Source of the DNA: Penicillus capitatus
Taxonomy: Eukaryota > Plantae > Chlorophyta
NCBI GenBank assembly: GCA_965649825.1
Contig: OZ287699.1
Span: 558,001 to 622,000 of the forward strand
Reading direction: 5' to 3'
DNA: 64,000 nucleotides
The notes beneath the pieces are model-generated. The model saw nothing but the letters and a program-made list of their open reading frames with translations, was not told the origin of the DNA and did no database searches. The position numbers were made by a program, and so were the translations under genes. Shown here piece by piece: positions 53,748-64,000 of this stretch (its first letter is position 1; the number at the start of each line of letters is the position of its first letter).

Positions 53748-54342
53748 GGGACGACCGCGATAGGCAAACGGACCATTGCATTCGAAAGGTGAAGCCTCCT
53801 GTTCTTCCTAGGGACGGGCAGTCCATTCGGGTCAAAGAAAGGGAGCGTCAACGAACGTATTCTGCCGAGATACGACCATCCCTTCGCGATCCTCGGCGTC
53901 CAATGCGATCTCCTCGAGGCCGTTTTCGATAGCGGATGATGATTTGGCATCTTTGTCCGGCAGCGGGCTGTGCCATGTGTGCAGAGCGTGCCCAGTCGTC
54001 AGAGGTTTGGAATGCGAATCGTCGTTTTTGAATGCGATTGATGGCAGTAATAGGTTTACCACTCGCCATTCGTCCTTGTCAATCGCTTCCGAGACTGTCG
54101 AGTCTTTTCAGAGACGTGGACGCGAAGGCAGGAATTTTTGATTGACATTCGAGACAGCTCCTGCGTTTTCTTCCGTTGGCGTCTTGCCTCCCACCGTCAC
54201 CCGCGTGCGTTGAGAGCCGCCCGCGTTTCATTTGTTTTCTTCTCGTGATACACAGCTCGTTCGCAAATTCGAGCGTCGGGCTGCAGGAAGACAACGAAGC
54301 TTCCAAGTGCTGTTCAAGAATCTGGAAATGAGCCAATTCTAA

Positions 54343-57300
54343 ATGGAAACACAATCTACATCAGAGATTTCTTGTCCCTTGTTAGAAAGCCATCATCGTG
54401 CATCTCAAGGGGATGCACCCGCGATCCACCGCCGTCATCTCCTCGTCCGCTCCGAAGACTTTGAGCAAATTTCGGTTGAGGCGAATGCGGCAGCGGATGA
54501 TGTCATGCGGACGCTTCACACCACCACCACCACAGCGACAACAGCACCGGATGCCAAAGCACTGGAAAAATCTGTCACCGCAATTGGCATATTGGATTTA
54601 GAAGAAGAAGGTGCATCCTTTCAAGTGGAACCAGACAGTGTACAGGACTTTATGAAAATGGCCCTTGACAGCCTAACGGATATTGAGACCCTAAAAGCAA
54701 CCAGTCCAGAGACCCATCACGCTTCTCCATCGCCCTCATCACTGTATTTTTTTAATTTGTCTTCACCCCTGGGGAACAAAAATCTCGCAGCGCAAGGGAG
54801 CCCGGTATCGACTCCTGGATCCGTTGATGTGAAAAACATGACGCTAGAGCTGCAGGCTGCGTTGCGTATTGCTGAATTAGAAGTCTCGCAGCTCCATGCG
54901 CAAGTCCATAGCAAAACACAACACCTTGAGATGGCCCAGAAAGCACTAGTCGAATACGAAGATGAAGTGAATGGCCTGAGGGCACAACTGAAGGGCTTTG
55001 CAGAGCTGTCATCATGTAAGCCACATAACAGTGCTCACAACGGACACGAGCGTCAAGTCTCTCATGAGAATATTGCCCGAGAATTATGGAAGGTGCATAC
55101 TGGAACGCACCGCATTCGAAAAAGTTTAGGAGACGGCGAAGGGACAGTGAGTGAGAGAGAGTACCAAGCCCTAAGGGAAAATCTTCACCAATTGAACGAA
55201 CGCCATGAGCAATTGGAACTCAGGAATGAAGGGATGAAAGTGGATTTAGAGAGCGTCACCGTTGAGCTCCGTGAAGCTCTGAAGAAAATCCAGGAGCATA
55301 AAGAACGCCAGGAGCTGCTGATAGAAGAGAATGGATCACTCATGAAAGAGAGATCGAAGCTGAAGGCACAACTCGTTCGCGCACAGGAAGAGCTCTTGTG
55401 TGTCTTGGCAGAAACGCCAGACGCAGATGAGGAGGTCTCCACCTATCGAAAGCGACTGAAGGAAGCACAGGAGCAAAGAGAGATGCTGCACCGCGACTTG
55501 GACTGCGCCAAAGCCGAACTGGCTGCTCTGAAATCCGAGCGGCTGGCCTCTCAGAAAAATAAGGAGCAGATCCCTTTTGCTGAAGCACCATGCAGGGAGC
55601 AGATTAGCGAAAAACGTGTGCTGGAACTCAGGGTAGGGTATCTATCCCATTCGGTCGCATGTCTGTCTTTATGACGGATGTCTGTGTGTCTTTGCTCAGG
55701 AAGTACTGAATAGCAAGTTGCGGGAACATCCAGAGATGCTGACCACCGCGCCAGAGGACGGTGATTCTGATGGAAGCGACCGAGAGAATGATCACGAGGC
55801 AAGAGAACGGATACACCAGCTTCAGGAAGCATTGTCTTTGGCATTGGAAGCAAAATCTCTCCTCGAAGAGAAAGTGGCATCCAATGTAGCGGTTCCATCA
55901 GATGGTCTGCAGGTAATTCTGGACGATATCAGCGAACTGAAGGCCAATTTCCAGAGAGAGCGACGTATGGCATTGCGTGAGCGTACAGAGAATGAAAATA
56001 TCATCATGAATCTTCAGCAGGAGAAGGATACGTTGCTGCATCAGATGCAAGAAGTGACTGCTGGACTCGGTGCACTTCAACAGGAAACACTTCGCGTGCA
56101 AGGAGAGCTTGCAAACAAGCGTCTCTCGGCAGAAGAGTTTAAGATTAAGGCAGAAGAGCGGATTCGAGAACTCGAGATGTCCAACATTGCTCATCAGAAG
56201 AGACTGGCACAGGTGCGTCGGCTGTCCCATCATTAGCCTCGGTTCCTTCCGCGGTTTAGAGCAGTGACAGCAGTCCGTCTGTTTTGCTTTCTCGTGGCAA
56301 CGCGAATTATCGTTTTCTGACGCTGTTTGGACACACAGACACATTTTCGATATCGCGCTGTGTAGGTACGCGAAGCATTGGATCTTTGCCTCGAAGCGAA
56401 GCGTGAGTTGGAGATTCGTGTCCAGCACTCGAACGTGGTATTGAGCGAACGGTTGCGTTCGTTCAGCCGCGTAAGAATGCAAGAAGAGGAGAACTTTATC
56501 AGTTTGCTGCGACATCGAGTCGAAACAGGGAATGCCGTCCACGTAAAACAGGCTGCCTTACAGGCAATAGAACATTTAGAGAGGATTCAGGAAGAAAACC
56601 AGAAATGCGTCAACTGGTCGTCGGCGTCCGTGGACTTCCCTACCGATTCCATGTCGGATACGGATGCCTCGAGCCAAGGGGAACCGAGAATGATGTCTGT
56701 GACGCCCCATCAGATTCGAACGCTGAAACGTGATTTGCGCGAGGTGAAGGCTCAAAGAGATGAGGCATTGAGTCTGTTAAAAGAGCAAAAAGCAACAGAC
56801 GCACGTCGTTTCCGGGAGATTCAAGAACTTCAACAGGAATTGAATGCGGCATTGGATCAGTACGAGACACTCCTTCCTCAGTTTCATGAAGTGATAAACG
56901 CAAAGAAGGAAATGGAAAATAAAGCGCAGCATTTGATGCATGAGCTGCATCAGCAAGATAAAAGTCGGCTGGAATTGGAAGCTGCAGTTGGGGATTTGAT
57001 GGCGGCTTGTCATAAAGTGCTGAGAGGCGCTGGAGGCACTCCACGCAAAGGACAGTCCCTGATCGATTCTATTCAATGGACCAGAGAAGATCTGGATGAT
57101 CTCTATCAAATCCTTCCCAAGAAAAAAGCGAGTTCGCACAAACAACAAAGACTCGTGCGTCACGTCGAGAAGACTCCTTCGACTGGTGGTAGCTCGACCA
57201 GCACTGTTCTTCAGTATCGCAATGAAGATCTGAGGCCGTTGATGGAGCAACTGAAGTCGATGGTGGATAAAGAACGCGATTTGCGGCGTTATTTCGATTC

Positions 57301-57733
57301 GCAAACCGAGAAACTGTCAAAGATGAAGGCAGAAACAGAACAGCGATCTCACTGGGTTCGGCGACAGTCCATGAGTCCTTCCACATCTGATGGCGACTAC
57401 CCCGCCACAGAGATGCAGATTCAAGAGCGATCTCATGCCATGAAGCGATTGAGCCAGAAAGAAGACGAAATCTCGGAGCTTCTGGCTGAACTCGGTCAGG
57501 TTCAGTCGATGGATCAGGAAGTGCAACTGCTGCTTGGCGGACTGAACCACGCCTCTTCGCAGTCGAATGAAGAGCTGCTGCATCCGATGACACGTGATCT
57601 AGGTGATCGACTAAATCGGCTAAATGATTGCGCCGGATCGTTGGAGAGGGAATTGGTTGCCGTCAAGACGGAGAACAAGCAGTTGAAGGCAGAGAAGCAG
57701 CTCCTGATACAGAGTCTCCAGTCCCGTTCATGA
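54343..57733 (+). CDS. Long coiled-coil protein
   Basis: Three long ORFs (443, 172, 451 aa) rich in E/K/Q/L heptads, separated by short intron-like gaps. Confidence 0.75.
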
Positions 57734-59392
57734 TGACTGACTGACTGACCCTTGTCGGCGAAGAATCACTTTTCATCTTCGTTCGTTTCGTTTTTTCTGA
57801 CCGTATTGTTTTCTTCGTGTGAATTTTTCGTCTTCGTGTGGACCGCTTCACGTGTTGTGCATATGCAATAGGTCAGTGATGAGGGTGCGGAGAAAAAAGC
57901 TAGGATGTTCATGTTGATTGATAATAATCAAGTGCTGCATTACTGTTGAATCACTACCTCCTTCATTTGCCAATTGCAGCATCAGCATCTACCTAGACTC
58001 CTATATAAATGGGTGCCTGAACTTTTATTCACACTATCCATAGCGTTACACATTGTTGCTAAGCTATGTTCAAGTCAATCCGCTCTCTGGCCGTTAATCT
58101 CACTCTCATTTTAGGACCACTCTGATTCTGACCTACCTCCGATGAGGAACTCGACGAATGCAGGCAAATACTGAATGCACGTGGCTTTGTGTAAACCAAA
58201 GAGCTGTGATAAAGCGCTTTCCATTGCTTCTGTGATGAACCACCACATGTGGATGTTCAATTAAAATGACTCCTCCCTCGGACAAGCGTCGCGGTGGGCG
58301 AATGGCATCCCATCCATCTATCCCATCCACAGTTCTCGCCGATTCTGATGACGGTAGAGCCATCGACCATATATATCGTATCGCAAAGAGGGTTCGATGA
58401 ACACCGAAGGCCATCGACCATACGGCTTTGATGGATTGCTCTATTTAGGCACCGTGTCAAATCCAACAGACAGAAAGAATCGAATACACTCTTAAAGGAA
58501 TGGAAGACGAGATGATGACTCAGGCAGGTAGGTGCTCTGATATAAAGTGCGTCGTGCATTGTCTGATGTGGGCGGTCAGGAAAGGCATCGCTGCATCCAA
58601 TGACATCTCGATCGCGATTTGCCGACGCCTTAGAGCACACGTTGACATAGTTCTGTATCTGTTGACTGGCCAGATGCGGTTGGTTGGCGTGCAGCTTAGG
58701 TGGAAGTGGATCTATCTTCCCGAAATCCCGCCAAAAGCGAAAACCTTTCCATCCAAAATGCGCTTTTCAAACATCCAGAGCTCCGTTTATGGAAACCTCT
58801 GCAGAAGCAGTCTGGATACTAGACAGCATTTTCTTCCAGACGCCGTGCTGGATGGGTTAAGGATGCGTCCCGGATTTCAGGGACTTGTTGCATTTCCTCC
58901 TCGAGCCGTACCTTCTTCCGATGAAGAGTCTTATGTCTCACCTATCCATCCTGCTTATCTCTCTTCACCGCGTCCGATGCATTGCAGGTCAGCAGTGCGA
59001 GGCAGACGTTACTGGAGAATCGATTCTTACTGTTGCATCATGTATCGCAAGGATCTGTAGATTTATCTCCACTGTTTCGTGTCTGTCTGTTTTCTTTCAC
59101 GATCCGCTTCGGTGAACACATCCATCCGCAAGCAGAAGAAGCTCGTTGCAGTAAATCTGCCGTTTCTACCTTTCTGCATGATTCTTCGTCCTCTATCGCG
59201 ATCTTTTGTAACGAACTTCCAAACGACACAAGTAACGTCTGTGTTCGAAGGACGCGGTCAGACAAGTGAGACCGATGCGAAGAACACCGAGCCTCGAACC
59301 TCATCAAATGCAGACAGCAGTAGACGGTCTCGGCCGTCCGTCACGTTATCGAGGCTGAACTGTTTGTGGTAGCCATTAAAGGTGACAGAAAG

Positions 59393-60466
59393 ATGTCAGG
59401 AGAATCACCGCGGACAGTAGCTGTCCTTTGTGGAAGACGTGAAGGTCTCTTCTTTTTGGACGAAGAAGCAGTTGAGTATCAGGTGAGACTGCGACAGCCG
59501 AGGCACAGACGAAGGGATGGTTGAAGGGTATGCTTATGACACCGGTGGAGTTTGTACACCTTGGTACAAAAGGACGCGAAAAGGAGTGGAAAAAAGTCTT
59601 GAAGTGTAGAGACCCTGCAGACCAAAGACGTCGTGTCTCTCTCGAAGAGTGGCTTTCTCAACCCGATGTCCCTGTCCGCAAAAAACCGAATCGCCCTGCA
59701 AAAAATACAGAGAAATGCAAAACAGTCAAGAAATCGACAAGAAAACTGCCTCGAAGCGAAGTCTTAGCTAAGAACATGACACGAGCCGCCGAGAAATGCG
59801 TGTTCTTTGCGGCCGATGGTGATCCAGAGATGGATATGCCACTAACACTCAAAAGCAGAAGAAGTAGCAAGACAAGAAGCGTCTTTGATTACTCAAAGCA
59901 AAAGACTCACGCACGCAGACGTTACACAAAACAAAGAGTCCAACGTGCACCTCAGGAATACCTTGCAGGCCAATTGAGCATGCCACCAATGGCGGTACTG
60001 CCCATATGTATGCTATCGTTTGACGCATGTGTGAGTGAGCTTAGGTGGACCTAAGTGTGATCGAGGTTCCAACAACGGGCTACAAACGTTTGAGGACGGA
60101 AGACAACTTCGAGCAGAGCTTCCTCATCAAAAGAGCCGCCGTTGAAGGAATGCATGATCACGTTCGCCATTTCGTTCCGGAGATTCTGGCTCTTGCCCTT
60201 CCCGTCGAGATCGACGGGAAAACCATCCCGCTCGATCGATTCTATCAACGTGTAAGTGCTCGTGCCACACTTCTTGACAAATAGAGTATTCGATGCAGGT
60301 CATGAATGGCGGCGGCTATGATGGTATTACCTCGGCGGATGCTTGGCGTGCCGTTGCTTCCGATCTAGGATGGACGAATGGCGATGCATCGACGGCAAAG
60401 AAGTTTGAGTCTCTGTACGAAGACATGCTTCTGTCATATGAAAGGTCGACGAAGTCGGCGGAGTAA
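59393..60466 (+). CDS. SAND + ARID domain DNA-binding protein
   Basis: Spliced N-terminus VAVLCGRREGLFFL...YQGMLMTPVEFVHLGTKGREKEWKKVLKC (SAND-like); C-terminus LDRFYQRVMNGGGYDGITSADAWRAVASDLGW...KFESLYEDMLLSYE (ARID-like); three introns. Confidence 0.8.
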
Positions 60467-62537
60467 CCTTCATCGGAAAAGATTCGAGGCGTTACTGTCA
60501 ATTCGACAGACGGATTCTTTTGGAAAGCAAGATTGAGGTTTGAGGCCTTAGCATTGTACAACGACGACGGAAGATCGTCTCTGCGCGTTTGTTACCCCGA
60601 CACAAGAGTTCTTCGTAGAAGAGCGTACAAGACATAGATATCGCTCGACTGCACACACATGGACTTAAGCATGCTTGCGCAAAAGACATGTGTCTTATTC
60701 TTCGGATGTCTTTTTGTCCGCCCGCTTTCATTCGGGACCGTGTTCAATGTGCTTTTCGTGAGAATGAACGAAGTCCATACAGTCAGGCAAGAATGACGCT
60801 TTCTGAACTCGGAGAATGACGAGCGAGAGATCCGTGGAAAAGATTGACGGCGACCTGATATCGATACTGACGTCAGCGGTTGCTTGTGTGCATGCGATCT
60901 CATAACAGCACAATAAAGAATTCTTGCCTGCGTGGAAGAACGGCAGATGATCACCGACAGCAGACATCATTCGTCCGACGTTGTGCTCGATATCCATTTC
61001 GGCGCCTTTCTTCGCGTTTGTTCTCGGCGACTTTGGAGGACGTTAGATCAACGTATCGTCCATACACTTCCTTTTATCGCGTCCGAATGACCAACCAGTA
61101 TGCACTTACCGTCGAGATTGCAGAAGAACGTCGACGTTTTGATGACGGTGTCCTCATTCGATCATCGCTGATGGACTCTCTATCAGCGATGGCGTGGATG
61201 ATGAGCCGAGGCGGCGAGGGTTAAAGCGATACCCATTCTCACTGAACATGCGTGGATAGGACGTTATTATGCTTCTATTCGTGCCAGATGCCCGACAAAA
61301 AGTAAAGTACATCAACAGCAAACAACGTGCAAAGACTGAGACTTTACCGTCTTAAGTTGCTTGTCACTCGAACAGAGGACCACGGATAAAACAGAATGAT
61401 ACATTTCACTCCGACGGGTCGAAGAGCTTTCTCCGATCCGCACGGAGCTAAGAAGTAGGCCAATCCTTAAGTTATACATTCACGGATCGCACAGAGACGC
61501 ATTGCTCGATCTTCATCGCGTTGGACTTTGCGCAACGTCTTTCTATCGAAATTCTTTTCGATGACGCTTCTCATCGCTGATCTTTCAATTACTGTCTCGC
61601 CTGCAGAGATAATCGATAGGACCTGTAAAGAACTGCTGAAATGTTCTGGATAGAAGATTGAAAGCGTTCAGTAAAACGGTGGCAGATGTCACTTCGTTTA
61701 TAGTCCTTTGTTTAGTAAGGTTCGTGGTTTTTTTCCGTTTGCGTTATCAAAGCGCATAACACACCGCAGTGATTTGCTCCTTCTTTATCAAGTATTAACC
61801 CACGAGATGGACATATTTCTGATTTCGCAAGAAATAAACAACATCGTCGAATATTCGCTCTATGAAGAATCGCCGCCGGATTTATGAATTTCGTGTTTGA
61901 GAACTGTACCGTATGCTCGAAGGTCCATGACTGGTATCCGTTTAACTGGAAGCAGGCAAACAGAATAGTCCCGTTTCACAGTTGATGTAGTGAATATCGC
62001 TAAGTAGAACAATTGCTTTCGGTATCTGTCGATGTCCGTTGTCGGCATCGTGCCAGTGTTTATCCGTCGCACATGTTATCCGTTTCTGTTTCCAGATACT
62101 TAGACAACCAACCAGCCAGGTAGCGCAAAGCTCTCTCATCGACAACTCTTTCTCGGTGCCGCGACTTTCAAGAAATCGCATATCTGTCTGCCACGCGAGA
62201 AGGCGTCGCGTACCGTAATGTCACATCGAATAGGCAAGACCCTTTCCTTGCATCTCGGGTCGGCACTTAAACGAATAGGGACGCAGTTTCGCCTCGAATC
62301 CGCATATGACGGCAGCCGTCCTCTTAGAGATCTCCCCATACAGCAAACCGTCTATCCTATAGATCCGTCGAATCCCGCGTCGGACAAAAGGGAGCAGGCA
62401 CAAATGACCAGTCATCCGTCTTTCGGCGTATTCCTTTTCCCGCCTGTCTGTCGGCATCGCATCGTTGTCATATCAACGCTCTGTATTGTGAGCTGACTGT
62501 GATTGTCGTTGTTATTCCTTCTGCCCGTCGTCAAATC

Positions 62538-63195
62538 ATGTTGCGTCGCGGAGCGCGCGTCTGGCACAGGTTCGTCTGTTCCGTAAGGCATTACTCTCAG
62601 ACGGACGTGGGGACCATTAGCGGTGTCCCGACGGATGCCTTGAGCCGAAAGGTGCGACAGCGTTGAGCAAATCGTTGAAGTCACGTTGAAGGACTGTTGC
62701 GTTACTATAGGTTTATATCATAACGCCTGCTCGGAGCGCAGCGCAGCATTTGCTTCATGGTACCGTTTGGAGTCCATCTCCTGCCTGGCACATCGAATTG
62801 GACGCCCAAGAAAAGTGCGAAGAAACGACGTCCTTCTCTACACGATCGAATGACTGACCGTGGGTGTGTTACTGTCAGATGGGCAAATCCTCTCATCGGG
62901 TGGACCTCGACGGCCGATCCTTTGGAGAATGTCTTCCGCTCTGGTAAAGTGCAGTTCTACACGAAAGAGCAAGCCATTCGCTTCTGTGAGCGCCAAGGCA
63001 AGTATTACTTGGTATGGAAATTATGACCAGCTGAGGAGTGGTTGCCGTCGATAAGGATATCGTTACGAAGTCATTGATTACAATGAGCGGACACGTGAAC
63101 GCACTAGGCGCTTTCAGAGCTATGGGGACAACTTCAGCACAAAACGCTGCGGATTGCCCGACTTGACGTCTCTCCGCTCTAACAGAAGCAAATAA
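62538..63195 (+). CDS. NDUFS4: NADH:ubiquinone oxidoreductase 18 kDa subunit
   Basis: ITPARSAAQ, KWANPLIGWTSTADP, FYTKEQAIRFCERQGYRY, FQSYGDNFS after splicing, including a GC-AG intron. Confidence 0.88.
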
Positions 63196-64000
63196 TACCG
63201 TTTCTCTGCTGCCACGTTAATGAAGTCGCCCATCAGGGGAACGGGATCAGTATCCTTTCGCTATAAATGAAGTGCTCGGGAGGGGGAGGGGAGATGAGGT
63301 GAGTTGTGGTGTGACGCACATTGAATAATATTTCGCCCTTTAAGCATTGTTAGAACAAATGGCCGCTTTCACAAGGACTGCAGTGTACGAATTCGGAATA
63401 AGCGCCACGCTTGAGGGTACGTACATAAGTACGTATGCGCAACAAAGAAACAAGGAAGATCAATACATGCCAGACAGAGGAGGAATAGAATTAAACTTCT
63501 CTTCGGTCGAAACAAAGAAACAAGTGAAGAGAGCTGCGAGGTCTTATCCCCAGTCGCTGCTTATTGAGTCATCAAGATCGTCAAAACAAAAAACACGGTC
63601 ACCAGCCGATGATGCAGCATTTGCTCTATACAAGTTCATCCGCGCACGTTAACTGACCCTGTTGCAGATCAGTGAGAGTGGGAGATCGATTTTCTTTATG
63701 AAGAAAGTAAACTCCTTCAAAACACTTTTTCTGATTTCTCTTTCGTTTAAGTTCAGGCCAAACTTTCAGACATACACGCGTATCTACACTTTTTCCAGAG
63801 GGTACAGACTGCACAAAATGAACATTACTGCCTGGGAGTCTAATGTCTCCCACACGCCATTCGGCGACCGTAAGCAACTTGGTTGGGAAGTGAACGGCGA
63901 CGACAATCTCCAGATCGTATCGCCACTTCGAGCTTTGGCTTTGACAAAAAAGAACATCAGTCAGCCTCCGATCTATTGGACTGGAGTCAGGAATGAATGA

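Noticed and set aside
63249-63258. U12-type donor GTATCCTTT
   Set aside because: It is intergenic, just before a TATA box, with no upstream exon or TCCTTAAC branch site.

Overview
Gene-dense eukaryotic nuclear DNA in the standard genetic code. It is most consistent with a compact-genome chlorophyte green alga: chlorophyte-type EF2, plastid-targeted THIC/TRX/BASS/ABA4, a GIF/SSXT gene and an algal receptor-like TKL kinase. About 35 protein genes are packed with very short intergenic gaps and many 43-60 nt introns. I saw no rRNA, tRNA, CRISPR or clear transposon. Exon boundaries were traced by eye from the ORF track, so they are approximate. Main observations: (1) An orientation-independent motif, AAAAG(A/T)GTGA(G/C), fills the introns of the first ~12.4 kb (about 30 copies, usually paired 10-22 bp apart, direct or inverted) and almost disappears afterwards. 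(2) A related 9-mer, TGATGTGAC, is strongly enriched across the whole window in introns (both orientations) and promoters. (3) A complete TPP riboswitch lies in a THIC intron next to a stop-introducing alternative 3' splice site. (4) Unusual protein architectures: a LysM domain inserted inside an ABC1 kinase, a SAND+ARID protein, a SAP-kelch-BTB protein, and a secreted protein with a prokaryote-like cysteine-cluster domain. (5) GC-AG introns and AAG acceptors are frequent.
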